Shown one piece after another: positions 14,000-27,709 of a DNA stretch of 64,000 nt. The position numbers were made by a program, and so were the translations under genes. The DNA is from Antedon mediterranea. Lineage: Eukaryota; Animalia; Echinodermata. The notes under the pieces are model-generated. The model made no database searches, was not told where the DNA came from, and was given only the letters and a program-made list of their open reading frames with translations. Numbering within the stretch: position 1 is the first letter of the stretch; every line of letters begins with the position of its first letter. Where the stretch lies: contig NC_092670.1 of assembly GCF_964355755.1 (NCBI RefSeq), forward strand, positions 26,460,795 through 26,524,794, given 5' to 3'.

Positions 14000-15908
14000 T
14001 TCTTCTTTCTCTAGTTAATTTCACACTAATTTGTATATTTAAGCTAATTTACATATCATCGGGATGAGTGGCAAAGGTGTGATGCTTAAATTTTGATCTC
14101 CCCATCATATATGACCATTTAAAAATAAAAAATCTCTGTTTGCAATTTGTTTCACTGATTTCAATGATAGATTGCCTAGCCTATTACATGTTTATTAAAT
14201 TTTTTAAAAGTCTCGTTTATTTCAATACACTACTTTTCCATGTAATTCGACATTCCTCAGAGACAACGGCACACGATAACATTTTTAGAGGAAGGAAAGT
14301 TTTGAACATCAATGATAAATTGATGACAGACAGACTGTACCTTGTTGCATAAATCTCAAGACTCTTTTTTCCCAGACGTGCTTGATTGTCGAGCATGGAC
14401 CTATAAATTAGTCGAGTTTACAAATTCTCATTTCTGTCATTGGTAGTAAGTAAAAGCTTTGCGTGTGGTACAAGCTTCTTAATGCTTGATGTTTCTGATG
14501 ATAATAGGCGGAAATGGACATGGACGTGATACCACCAATTACATGCAATGTGACAGGCTTGACATCGCTACATGAATACTCGAACCAATTTCCAAAGTAA
14601 ATTGAAATTCTTGAAGAATATTTTTTGAATCTACCCAATAGGGTTTCTTATAAAACATGCTATATTAGCATGAACAAATTGATACATCTGCCTTTCAAAA
14701 TATGATTGGAAATGTCTTTTTCTAATGCTTCTAATCATCTATTCCATCTGGAATATTGATGATATGCATTCATTTATTTCTGTGCATCCGTAATTTTTGT
14801 AAGGATAACTCAACTAATATTTTTGAAAATTTGATCATGTAATTATCTACTATATTTAACCTAACCAGTTGATACTTTAATTAAAATTAGTTATTTCTGT
14901 TAATTACAGAATGCTTATGCTTGCTTGTTGCTTATTTAAATTAATTTATGAACACATTCTTGTATTTACATATTTGTGTGACCATGCAGGCAAGATAGAA
15001 AACAGCTTATCTGTATGTTAGTCGAATAATCTTCTACGGTTTCAGAAGATAACATAATTTATTGAATATACATATAAATCGGTGGCATACGCTCATACTC
15101 ATAAAAATATGAACAAACGGATACAATGGGATTATAACTTGGAACAATAAAATAATAATAATTTAAAACGCACGGATGACTTTCTTTCTTTAAAAAATCA
15201 ACTGCATTTTGGATAAATATAACAGAGATATGCAGTAAATTTAACAAAATTAATATACAAATTTATAAAAGGGAAGTCAATAACTGATAACATACACACC
15301 ATTTATAAGCTGTCTGTAGTTGTAGAGTGTTAAGATTTCGATTTTTCTCAAACTAATTTTAATATTGCTGGAAAGTGAATATTGTTTCCCTTCTTTCCAA
15401 TAAGTTCTTAAAGTTAGGTTACCACAAACAAGTATAGTTTGATTAATTACTCTATGTGACTCTTAATAATAACAACTTATAGTTAGGGTTTAAATTGCGA
15501 AAATCACAAACGATATGTAAAAATCAATGGGAACTTTTTGATGTTAAAAACACTGTAATTCGTTTCTTTACAATATTGATTGGTAGTTTGTAAAGGTAGT
15601 TAAAGTTGAGGAAAACTAATTGATTTTAATTTTATTAAAAACTTTTTAAGATTTTAATATAATTTCACTGTATAATAATATCAAATGCAAAAATTATGTT
15701 TGCTGCACTTCATTTGACGTTCACATTTCTTTTACAAAAACAGAATTAGACTACTAAATGCACATAGGTTAATGTGTTCAAGTTCATAAATATCCTGGGT
15801 TTAGAAGCTATCTAATTCTTTGGCCATTCGAATACTAGTCGAAAATAATGGCAACCAATATGCACTGTAAGCCTTCACTTGTGACATGATTAGAATCATG
15901 GCTTTTAA

Positions 15909-15971
15909 AGATGTATTGTCCCTGAAAAACACCAACAAAAAATGATTTTTTTTTAGGGGGACAATATATCT
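15909..15971. mobile_element. 63-bp mini-MITE, Kolobok-like family K2
   Basis: TTAA|AGATGTATTGTCCC ... GGGACAATATATCT inverted termini. Confidence 0.65.
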
Positions 15972-16085
15972 TGTTAAGTTATTATAACAAATTACAGTAA
16001 TTTTTCCAAAGGCCTTGATAATGTTACAGTAGCATATTCACACTGTTTATCATGATTTAGAAGTTTTAAAAGTTTAAATGGTTAA

Positions 16086-16350
16086 AGCCCCATTCCCTAA
16101 AATTGTTAACGTTTTTTTAAAAATAATACACATATAATAGGCTATTGCTTTAAAAACATTAAACCAAGTTACTCCTTGTATGTTTTATGGTTAATTATGA
16201 TCAAGTGAGTTAGGCTTAGTTTGTATTTTACTAGTAAACAGCAGTAACATAGGAACATCGTACGCTAGCTATAGGCCTGAAGTCTAGTTGCTGCATTAAT
16301 TGTCTTTAATCCGTTAAAATATATTGAGAAAAACCTGGTATTTTCGATTA
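16086..16350 (-). mobile_element. Kolobok-like MITE family K1, fragment
   Basis: TTAA|AGCCCCATTCCCTA end; colinear with 63041-63350. Confidence 0.7.
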
Positions 16351-16424
16351 GAATAGTTGCAAATGTTGTGATGTTGTTCCTTACTTTCGTTGACTATACA
16401 TTATCCATCCATGTGTAAAAAGCT

Positions 16425-16632
16425 TACAAAAAATATACAGTATTTTTTATTGGCAGCAAAAAATGGTACACAAAATACTGAATAAATTTATAAATACCGT
16501 ATTTTATCCACAAATTTGGTGGGAAAATTATGGTATACAAAATACGGTATATTTTTTATGAACATCGTTTTCGCTACCAAAAATATACCGTATATATACA
16601 GTATTAAAAAAATTTGGCAACAGAATAGGGCC
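16425..16632. mobile_element. MITE fragment ending GGCAGCAGAA(A)TAGGGCC-like
   Basis: Similar to 28765-28960; related ends at 25619-25690 and ~25840. Confidence 0.5.
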
Positions 16633-16635
16633 TAA

Positions 16636-16925
16636 GAGCTCGTTCGGAAGGAACAAATTTACACGTGTAATGGTCTCGTGTGGTGTAAATTTTTAGATAA
16701 ACTTGCGGTTTCAAAAATCCACCTCATGAGGTGGATTTTTCAATTAGGCCTACACCTTAAACCGCAAGCTGATTAACCGCAAGATAAGGAGCAATTTGAC
16801 CTTAATAGTGTAAAGAGATGCATGAAATATGACTTTTAGACGTGTAAATTGTTCATCGTCCGAACGATCACAGATTACACATGTAAAGTTACACATGTAA
16901 CTGATTTTACGTTCGAACACAGCCT
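16636..16925. mobile_element. Degenerate palindromic MITE (Harbinger-like)
   Basis: Imperfect inverted ends (GTTCGGA/TTCGAAC), TAA/TTA flanks, repeated TTACAC(G/A)TGTAA and a perfect 28-bp palindrome at 16713-16740. Confidence 0.5.
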
Positions 16926-17319
16926 TAGAGGCATTATACTATAATTACTGCATTGGTATAATATGTTGCTACATAAGATACTTCAATAACATATTATTTT
17001 CAACATTTTAAAAACAATTGCCATATAGAAATGATCACCATCACCAGAAACATTACATCACAAATGATATTATCTAGGCCCTACTAATACTATACTGTTA
17101 TGACATTTGAGGTGTAATGCCCTAGGCTACTGTAAGAATTTCCAGGGAGCCAACTTAACTTGAATTCCAACAAATTAACCATGTTAACCTTAACTATGCA
17201 AACACAACATTGCTTGTGTGTGGTTGGTAGCACCATCTTGTCATTTTGTAAAGCAAAACACTTTCAATTACATATGTTAGCTGAAAATAAACAGTTCTTA
17301 AAATGCCTTGTATAAAAAT

Positions 17320-17460
17320 AATCGACCACCTCTGGTAAGCAACCACCTCTTCTTACGACCACTACCTCTCATACCACCTCATTTTCAATGACCACCACCT
17401 GCCGTAAGGATCAGAATAATCGATCCCATCTCGTAAAGATCACCTCTCGTAAGTGACCAC
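17320..17460. mobile_element. GACCACCTCTC-motif transposon remnant leading into the satellite
   Basis: Degenerate (C/T)GACCACCTCT..TAAG motifs, as at 48890-49470. Confidence 0.6.
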
Positions 17461-19617
17461 CTTTATTACAGTACGTATCCCAATGTAAAAACTCATAGAC
17501 TCATCACCTCTCATAAGTGACCACCTTTATTACAGTACGTATCCCAATGTAAAAACTCAAAGACTCATCACCTCTCATAAGTGACCACCTTTATTACAGT
17601 ACGTATCCCAATGTAAAAACTCAAAGACTCATCACCTCTCATAAGTGACCACCTTTATTACAGTACGTATCCCAATGTAAAAACTCAAAGACTCATCACC
17701 TCTCATAAGTGACCACCTTTATTACAGTACGTATCCCAATGTAAAAACTCAAAGACTCATCACCTCTCATAAGTGACCACCTTTATTACAGTACGTATCC
17801 CAATGTAAAAACTCATAGACTCATCACCTCTCATAAGTGACCACCTTTATTACAGTACGTATCCCAATGTAAAAACTCAAAGACTCATCACCTCTCATAA
17901 GTGACCACCTTTATTACAGTACGTATCCCAATGTAAAAACTCAAAGACTCATCACCTCTCATAAGTGACCACCTTTATTACAGTACGTATCCCAATGTAA
18001 AAACTCAAAGACTCATCACCTCTCGTAAGTGACCACCTTTATTACAGTACGTATCCCAATGTAAAAACTCAAAGACTCATCACCTCTCGTAAGTGACCAC
18101 CTTTATTACAGTACGTATCCCAATGTAAAAACTCAAAGACTCATCACCTCTCGTAAGTGACCATCTTTATTACAGTACGTATCCCAATGTAAAAACTCAT
18201 AGACTCATCACCTCTCGTAAGTGACCATCTTTATTACAGTACGTATCCCAATGTAAAAACTCATAGACTCATCACCTCTCGTAAGTGACCACCTTTATTA
18301 CAGTACGTATCCCAATGTAAAAACTCAAAGACTCATCACCTCTCATAAGTGACCACCTTTATTACAGTACGTATCCCAATGTAAAAACTCATAGACTCAT
18401 CACCTCTCGTAAGTGACCACCTTTATTACAGTACGTATCCCAATGTAAAAACTCAAAGACTCATCACCTCTCATAAGTGACCACCTTTATTACAGTACGT
18501 ATCCCAATGTAAAAACTCATAGACTCATCACCTCTCATAAGTGACCATCTTTATTACAGTACGTATCCCAATGTAAAAACTCAAAGACTCATCACCTCTC
18601 ATAAGTGACCACCTTTATTACAGTACGTATCCCAATGTAAAAACTCAAAGACTCATCACCTCTCGTAAGTGACCACCTTTATTACAGTACGTATCCCAAT
18701 GTAAAAACTCAAAGACTCATCACCTCTCGTAAGTGACCACCTTTATTACAGTACGTATCCCAATGTAAAAACTCATAGACTCATCACCTCTCGTAAGTGA
18801 CCACCTTTATTACAGTACGTATCCCAATGTAAAAACTCAAAGACTCATCACCTCTCATAAGTGACCACCTTTATTACAGTACGTATCCCAATGTAAAAAC
18901 TCAAAGACTCATCACCTCTCGTAAGTGACCACCTTTATTACAGTACGTATCCCAATGTAAAAACTCAAAGACTCATCACCTCTCATAAGTGACCACCTTT
19001 ATTACAGTACGTATCCCAATGTAAAAACTCAAAGACTCATCACCTCTCGTAAGTGACCACCTTTATTACAGTACGTATCCCAATGTAAAAACTCAAAGAC
19101 TCATCACCTCTCATAAGTGACCACCTTTATTACAGTACGTATCCCAATGTAAAAACTCAAAAGACTCATCACCTCTCATAAGTGACCACCTTTATTACAG
19201 TACGTATCCCAATGTAAAAACTCATAGACTCATCACCTCTCATAAGTGACCATCTTTATTACAGTACGTATCCCAATGTAAAAACTCATAGACTCATCAC
19301 CTCTCGTAAGTGACCACCTTTATTACAGTACGTATCCCAATGTAAAAACTCAAAGACTCATCACCTCTCGTAAGTGACCACCTTTATTACAGTACGTATC
19401 CCAATGTAAAAACTCAAAGACTCATCACCTCTCATAAGTGACCACCTTTATTACAGTACGTATCCCAATGTAAAAACTCAAAGACTCATCACCTCTCGTA
19501 AGTGACCACCTTTATTACAGTACGTATCCCAATGTAAAAACTCAAAGACTCATCACCTCTCGTAAGTGACCACCTTTATTACAGTACGTATCCCAATGTA
19601 AAAACTCAAAGACTCAT
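17441..19617. repeat. 64-bp tandem satellite, 34 copies
   Basis: Unit CACCTCTC(A/G)TAAGTGACCA(C/T)CTTTATTACAGTACGTATCCCAATGTAAAAACTCA(A/T)AGACTCAT; one 65-bp unit near 19160; no spacers. Confidence 0.97.
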
Positions 19618-20607
19618 CATTTTGCAATTTAAATCATTGAAATCCAATTATTCATTCTAAAGTTATGGCTCATTTGAAGTGGGCAAAAAAATGATGATTG
19701 CATTATTCTGATTTTTGCCAAACCCATAGATACCACATGATGTTTAAAAAATTGCCGTCTTTAAATGATCCGTAACTTTGTAACTATTGTTCTGGATTGA
19801 ATTAATGTTTTTTTTTTAATATTTTGGTAATTTTATTGACAGTAATTTCTGAATTAAATATAACATAAAATATTTCAACAAAATGTTAAAATGCAAACAA
19901 AAATATATAAATTATGTAAAAAAATGTGTGGGTATTATTTTCAATTATTTAAATTAATTTGAAACATACATATTATTTGCATTGATTGAAGTTCTTGATT
20001 ATTATGTGTTTGATTCCATTTTGAGCACCACCGACAGGCCTGTGTAGAGGCCTAGCTAGGACCAAAGAGGCCAGAGAGCCCTATAGCTAGGCCTAACGAT
20101 TAACTATTTCGTTTCGAATTTGAATCAGCGCAAGCTCAGTGGTCTAGAGGTGTACATGCTAGTGATCTTTCGAGTCCCACCTGAAATGTTTCTCAATGTA
20201 TATAGAAGTATAGTACAAAATTACGTCAGGAGTAGCATCAACATCTGACCAATTGAACTCCCTGATGCAAAACTACTCCACATAGTTAAATACAATAATC
20301 AAGATTCAGTATGTTATTATGGACCCACTTGTATGTGTTATTGTTAATATATCTGAGGTTTCCTTAATTGCCAGTCAAGAATAGTTTTTATTACAGTACA
20401 GGTGGGAAACTGGATTTCTTCACACACTTCATCATCAACCACATCAGGTTCACAAGATCATAAGGTAAAATAGTATCAAATAGTTTGAATATTATTATGT
20501 GTATACATTTCACAGCTCTCTATTCATTCATTTTCAATCTGTAGATTTTGTGTTTTTTTCAATAAAATCTAATAAAATTCATGCACATTGCATTGCATTG
20601 ATACTCA

Positions 20608-21248
20608 GACAGATAGCTGAAAAACCTGGTACTTCATACAAGCATCTACAGTGCATGGACATATCAGATAAACCTGGTACTTCATACAAGCATCTACAGT
20701 GCATGGACATATCAGATAAACCTGGTACTTCATACAAGCATCTACAGTGCATGGAGATATCAGATAAACCTGGTACTTCATACAAGCATCTACAGTGCAT
20801 GGACATATCAGATAAACCTGGTACTTCATACAAGCATCTACAGTGCATGGAGATATCAGATAAACCTGGTACTTCATACAAGCATCTACAGTGCATGGAC
20901 ATATCAGATAAACCTGGTACTTCATACAAGCATCTACAGTGCACGGAGATATCAGATAAACCTGGTACTTCATACAAGCATCTACAGTGCATGGACATAT
21001 CAGATAAACCTGGTACTTCATACAAGCATCTACAGTGCATGGACATATCAGATAAACCTGGTACTTCATACAAGCATCTACAGTGCATGGACATATCAGA
21101 TAAACCTGGTACTTCATACAAGCATCTACAGTGCATGGACAGATAGCTGAAAAACCTGGTACTTCATACAAGCATCTACAGTGCATGGACATATCAGATA
21201 AACCTGGTACTTCATACAAGCATCTACAGTGCATGGACATATCAGATT
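20608..21248. repeat. 48-bp minisatellite, about 13 copies
   Basis: Unit GATAAACCTGGTACTTCATACAAGCATCTACAGTGCATGGA(C/G)ATATCA; the junction variant AGATAGCTGAAAAACC occurs at 20611 and 21141. Confidence 0.95.
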
Positions 21249-21408
21249 GTTTAATTTTAAATAAATTTACTGTTGTTAAAGGGTTTCAGTTATTTGTTTG
21301 CTGGAAATATTACAGTACTGGGAATAGATAGATTGTAGCCGTCATCACAAAGTATCAAACACAGTATTTCGCTGTTCCTCTTCTAGTAGAAAATGGATAT
21401 ATGACAAA

Positions 21409-21620
21409 AGCCCTTTTCACACAAAGCTGTAAGATGGTAATATTGAGGTAATTCGTGAACGCCGGCCTATATGTGAAAGGGTAAAAACCCCTTAATGCCG
21501 GCTTCCATTAGACCACCTCTGGACCTAGTAAAATTGTGGTAATTTTATCGTCACGGTCGTAAGCCCGATCTGTGTGAGTCCACGATATAATGCCTGCTTA
21601 CGTTTCGAAGCATTACAACA
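21409..21620 (+). mobile_element. Harbinger-like MITE end fragment
   Basis: Starts AGCCCTTTTCACAC; an inverted homolog lies at 58575-58742 and a related end at ~51941. Confidence 0.6.
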
Positions 21621-22599
21621 AACCAAGGTTAAATTCAAAACATTTTTCTTGAGAGAGACTGTGGCAATTAGTATTAAATTATTAGATGACTGTATATCAA
21701 TATTTGTTTAGGTTAGTACAGTAATTATACAATGGAAGAAATACGGCCAATAATATTAATAAAGTAATGTTGATCCAAAGATTATTTAACATGATGTAAC
21801 GTAAGCCTAGGTCCTAGTTAGTATAGTTCTATAGCAGGAACATCCTCCACTGCGCGCGCCTCTAGTCTAGTGCTAGCTCATAAACAGCTTCTATTACCCA
21901 TACAGGGAATGCATCCTCTCACCTACTGATGTTGGAAGTGAATGTTGGGATAGTGTCTGTACTCACATTGATCATGTATGTGGCATCGTTGTTTAGTCTA
22001 ATTAATGGTGCATCTTTCTGTCTGACGGCTTAGTTTTATCAACTATGAACTTGTCTTGATAAAAAAATAAATAATAAAACTCGCTCAAAATATTAAACCT
22101 AATCCTTTAATAATCTCTCGCAAACTAAAAAAAATGTTTTTAAAAACTGTCCTACCTAGGCCATAGTCTCAATACAAGCCCACTGACCCATCAAGCTCGT
22201 CGATCCAATCGAGTCTTACTTTGTATAAGAATGAATAAAACATATATTATGCGTAAGCATTTTAACCGACCAATCAGAACTCGTAAGTCCTATCCATCAT
22301 CTTCATGATCATTTTAAACTTTGAACTTTGTTTGGGTGACATTTCCGAGCATCCCAATGCTTTTGAAGATTCTGCTTCCGAAGACAAGCCAAAGATGACA
22401 TTCTTGTGACGTCACAGGTAGTTTAAATAAAACCATAAAATTCACTTTTTGGCTCAGATATATACTGTTTCGTATGTTTTTCATCGTTTCCAACCCACTT
22501 GAAACCATTCTAAGGCGGTCCATGTGATACAATATCAAAATGTTTGCTACAACATACATTTCTGGGGCTGTTTTTTCACTTTGAAGATAATTGGAAGTG

Positions 22600-22948
22600 T
22601 TCTGTTAAAGCTCTAGTCGTGTACAGGGCCACCTGCCGGTGGTTCCGGGCAAGGACACAAGCTTTTTTTCATTCGATAGCCATCAGATTACCCCGAGTAT
22701 GGGACCAGCTTCCCAGATCATTGACAGATGCTGCAGTCCCAGAAAGTCCATCAGCCTTCATTAGAAAAGTTCACATTCATTTTGATTCGCTTTAACTGTA
22801 TTTTGTGTCTTTTATGTGTAAACTGACTTTGGGGTTGGGTCGGCTCAGCTACAGTGATTGAGTTCACTTAAATTGACCTTGGTCTCCCCAATTTCAATTT
22901 TTTTTTTCAATGTATATACTGAAATAGACCGAATAAATAATAATGAAA
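22600..22948 (+). mobile_element. 3' end of a CR1-group (CR1/L2/Crack-like) LINE
   Basis: Translation RARTQAFFHSIAIRLPRVWDQLPRSL...F resembles the RT C-terminal R..F..SF..R....WN.LP motif; stop at 22795; 3' UTR has a TGGGG/CCCCA-closed stem and an AATAAA(TAA)n tail. Confidence 0.65.
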
Positions 22949-23165
22949 TTAAAAGAATGAATTGGATAGTGTTTGCTGCGCACGTGTACTGTATGATACT
23001 ACAAGGTCATATACTGCATCATTGCAACTAATTGTATTACAGTGTGGCTTACACTTATCTACGTAGTTTGAAGTCGACATTTGGTATTTGCTGCATGCGT
23101 GCAAGATACTACTGTGTGTAATTTGTAAATAACAAATGTCAACGTACATAATATTAAGCCAGCAA

Positions 23166-23696
23166 GTAACATTTGTGGGCAAAAAATTCTTTTTTGTTTT
23201 TACATTTGTGGGCGTTAGCACATTTTTGGGTGATAATCATTTTCATCACCTAAAAATGGTTTGGTTGATGTGTTTACCCATTTGTGGGTGATATGTTTTC
23301 ACATTTTAGGTGATGCATTTTCACATTTGTGGATGTTTTCATATTTACGTTTGATGGTTTTCAAATTTGTTGGTGAAGTGTTTTCACATTTTTGGATGTT
23401 TTCAAATTTGTGCATGTTTTCCCATTTGTGGGTGATATGTTTTCCCATTTTTGGGTGATATGTTTTCACATTTGTGGGTGATATGTTTTCCCATTTGTGG
23501 GTGATATGTTTTCACATTTGTGCATGTTTTCCCATTTGTGGGTGATATGTTTTCACATTTGTGGGTGATATGTTTTCAAATTTGTGCATGTTTTCCCATT
23601 TGTGGGTGAAATGTTTTCCCATTTGTGGGTGATATGTTTTCACATTTGTGCATGTTTTCACATTTGTGGGTGATATGTTTTCCCATATGTGCAACA
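23166..23696. repeat. Array of ~18-24-bp TTTTC(A/C)CATTTGTG units, probably transposon subterminal repeats
   Basis: Repeated TTTTCCCATTTGTGGGTGATATG and TTTTCACATTTGTGCATG; ends TGTGCAACA. Confidence 0.8.
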
Positions 23697-25618
23697 TCGT
23701 GTAGATAATTAAAAGGTTGGAATTGATTGTGTATTGCAGTTAGTTGTAGGTATGGTATGCTCCGGACAATTGAGGTAGACTGCAAAAGCATGGAGGGAAT
23801 AATTTATTCTCTATGGTAAAAGTAAGCATGTTATGCTTTTTTGGACAATTTCATGTCCATTCAAATGTTTTTTTCAATTTATAAGGTACAATAACTTAGA
23901 TTTTATGTCCATAAAGTGTAACAGAATTTGCCTTTTAAGTAAGTGTGTGGCTTCTCAGTTCCCAGAAGAACTTTAAAAAAAAAATAATTGTGCTCAATAG
24001 GCTAATTTTTACTACTTAACATATTTTTATTTAAGTTGCTTCATAAATAGAGTATTTATTGTATCTGTTTTCTGTTTCATACCTTTAAGTGGCAACTTTT
24101 GTTGCTGTTGGTTTTGATGAAATAAAATAAAAATAAAGAACAGATTTTCTAAATACAGTACAATGTCAATATATTTTGTATACAGTAAATGCTAAGAGTA
24201 GTTTATTGTTCCAAAAAGTGTTATTTTATGTTTTCAAAACGTAGTATATACTGTTACTACTTGTGACTGTAGTAGATAAAGTATAGAAAACAGCCCTAAG
24301 AAATGAAAAAAAATCTACTTGTGATGTCGTAAGTCCACTGAGTCAAAACTATTTAGATTTTACTTATTGGCAGTTTTATTTTTAAATGATTAATGCATCG
24401 TAAATCGTTGAAATTATGGAATATTTTGTACAACTTTTTGTTAAATCAATTTTTAAATTAGTTTTTTATGCTAATTTTTACCAAAACATTTAGCCACAAG
24501 TCTATATAAGCTATGTACTCAAACCGATATTGTGCATGTGCTAGATACGTTTTGTTCATTTTTTTGTAGACGCCATTTAATTTTCCGATCGCTATAAATA
24601 TTTTTTTCTTACAACTGTATAATATAATAGATAGCATTAGTAATCAGAAGATTATGTGTTGTTGTTGCTGTGAATTGGAGAGTGTTTGAAAATAACCCCG
24701 ACAACGGTTGCCTGCTGAGTAGCCAGGTTAGGCCTACAAGAGGAAGGAGCGACGGTATTCAGGAGCAAGTAGCCCTAGCCAGATGCCAGAGAGGCGGCGA
24801 TGCTACTGCAGCCCGCTGAGATGGTACATATATGTATATTGTTGGTTTTAGTTAAAAGTTTATCAACATTCAAAATTATGTTTATGGCACCGTATTTTAA
24901 TAATTAATAGGCATGTACAGTAGTTAATTTTATAATTTATTTCAATACTACAGCAGTAAATATATAGCCTAGTTAGTTATGGTAATAATTCTTGTATTCT
25001 TTACCTACCTACATCTAGGTCTACGTTATGTTACTAATACACTGGAAAACACACATGCAAATTTTATGGTAAATCAACAGGTAAGAAATACTGTGATTTA
25101 TTGGTGCTTGTTGTTGTGTGTAAAATTGACCTCATTTACTGGACTAATTCATTTTCCTTTATTTTTCAGATGATAGAAAGACATCAATAAGTGTATCCAG
25201 TACAGTATTCTATAGGTTGCTAGTTAAGTTAAGTTGATCCTGATATCTTGCTTCAAGACCTGCTTGCTCCTCCGATACTAGTGAAATAATTACAGTACAA
25301 GTGTACCACACACGACAGACTATATTTAAATTAACATTTTTACTTTGCTACATGGTGTATCGCAAACTTTATATCAACATTTGATTTTGCCATGCAAACC
25401 TTCAAATAATATACATTTTAGCCCTAGACACAACTACTGTATATAGTTAAGTCACTAAATATGGTATTACTAGTCAAGTATATACAGATGCTGTAATAAA
25501 CTGAATGATTTGAGGTCTGGTCTAGTGCATCTTTTGTCTATTTCAGTATGTTTTATAGGTTATTATTTATCACCTGAATGTGATGGAGCTGGCTGAATTT
25601 TTGCAAAATCTCTTTCCA

Positions 25619-25690
25619 GCCTGTTTCTGCTGAATAAAAATAACCAGTTAAAATAAACGTATAATTTGCGTTATGCAGCAGAAACAGACC
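25619..25690. mobile_element. ~70-bp mini-MITE
   Basis: Inverted termini CTGTTTCTGCTG / CAGCAGAAACAG. Confidence 0.55.
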
Positions 25691-27709
25691 CAATGTAATT
25701 GAACTTTCTCATATCACTTAAAAAAATCCCCAGGGCTCAATAAATATTATTAGTGCCTCCTTTTCATACTCATTTAGGGCATGTTTCTATTGAGAATACG
25801 GTTTTGAATACCGTTCTTTTCAAGAACTGTTTTTTCTTGCCAGCAGAAATGGGTCTCCACAAAAAACTACAAAAATAAACTGATCTTAAAATCGACAATA
25901 GCATATACTCTTTATACTGGTTCCCAAATAAGATTTTCAACAGAGTTTTTAATAATAAATAAAAGTAAAGTACAATTTGCCATGGCTAAATTATATCTTG
26001 GTAATCAACTAATTTACACAAATGCTCAAATTAAAAATAGCTGCATTAAAACATTTAGACTAGCTTTCTCATGTGCTGTTATTACACACTGCACGTCATT
26101 ATACTGTATCTGGATTGCTGTTTTGTACAATACATAATCACTTTTAATTAGCATACAGAATCAAAAAGCATCCCAAGAGAAATACATTTATTATAGCATT
26201 GAATAAAATAACAGCTTCTAAACAACATCATGTCTCATGCATTAAACCAACAAAATGTCATACTTTTGCTTTGATTGTTAACAAATGTCTGGATTTTTAA
26301 AATATCTCAATTACATATATATTTACAGTATAGGCCTACTAAAGTAATACACTTTCTGATTGTAGTATGTCACATAAAATATTAAATGAGATACTATAAT
26401 ATTAACTTTACAACTTACTGCATTATATGATATTGACATTAAGGTTATTAAGAATAATTTAAATATAATACAATAGTAAAAAAAAGTAATATAACTTATG
26501 AAATGATTACAAAATAGACTGAGAACAAATTTTCTTTAAAAAAATTTTTTTTTCAATACAGGTACCTTTACAGCATAATGCAATATGTTAACTAATGAAG
26601 CTACACCTGTAGGCCTACAGACGATTTTATTGGGTTGTGAAATATTGTCAGATCTAAAAAAAGGATAACCAGTAATCAGTCAGAATTTTGTGTCTTCTGT
26701 AAAAAAATGTTGTTGAGTGGGCATTCTGAAGGTGGGTGGGAAAACATTCATGTATCTGTAAAAATTTGGCTTAAAATAAGCTTGAGAATAGGTGGGAAAT
26801 TTGAATGTACCCACCTTGGCCCAACACAATACCTTTACTAATAGATGTGTATATGTTCTCAACATTAGCGCCAAGTGAATATGTATAATAGTTAAACTAA
26901 AACTGTTATCACTTCCTCTAAGATGGAAGATGCATGGATGTTATACTGTAACTAATTTACATAATCATCTTTCATCTTTCACCAATGAAATGTTCTACCA
27001 CCCTTTTCACATGGCAACAAGTTGACATGCTGAAATAGGTCAGATGATAACAATTTGATAGATGTTTCAGGAAATGAAAACACTATTTTACTGTACTGTT
27101 ATCAATGACAAATATATATGCATACAATGCATACAACAATGCTTCCTTCCAACCTGCTATACCTCCCACTAATATGACTTATGTACAGAATTTTACAACA
27201 GTGCTTATTCAAGTATGACCACAATTCACAATCTTGAGACAAAAAGGCATGTTGATTGAAATCACTAGTCCACAATTCAAATTTATCAGAAGATACAGCA
27301 TTATAATATTCATATCAGTACATCAGGAATATTATGTATCCACACTGTATAGGAACAATGCAATCACTAACTAAACTTCTGTACACAGATGAAATATCAG
27401 CAAAAACGAATTTGTCATATGAATTATTTTAGAAAATAATTTTGAACAAATCAAATGTCATGTATTTATACAGTATTAGTGATTGTGAATAACTATATTT
27501 AGTTAAATAATTCAAATCCATGTAATTAGCATAAGTTATTACCTTGTAAAATGAGGAAATAATGCTTACTGTAATGCAAGAATAACTATAAATGCAGTTA
27601 CAGTAGTCTAGTACAGCAGTAAAGAATCAACAAGGACAAGAAAATAGAGTTTAATTTGGCAACACTACCTTAATTATAATTATCAACAAATTATTATTAT
27701 TATTATAAT

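Noticed and set aside
17441-19617. Possible CRISPR-like array
   Set aside because: Head-to-tail 64-bp units with no unique spacers, no cas genes and a eukaryotic context.
20397-20464. Plus-strand micro-exon (VGNWISSHTSSSTTSGSQDHK|GTAAAA)
   Set aside because: Weak splice signals, no recognisable peptide, no partner exons, and opposite strand to the better candidates.
20499-21331. Long ORFs (215, 185, 211 aa) as proteins
   Set aside because: They are by-products of the 48-bp tandem repeat, with no domain and no coding-like flanks.
24690-25200. GC-richer patch with an intron-like GTAAGA...TTTCAG pair (25081-25169)
   Set aside because: No coherent reading frame; it may be a decayed transposon gene but cannot be supported.
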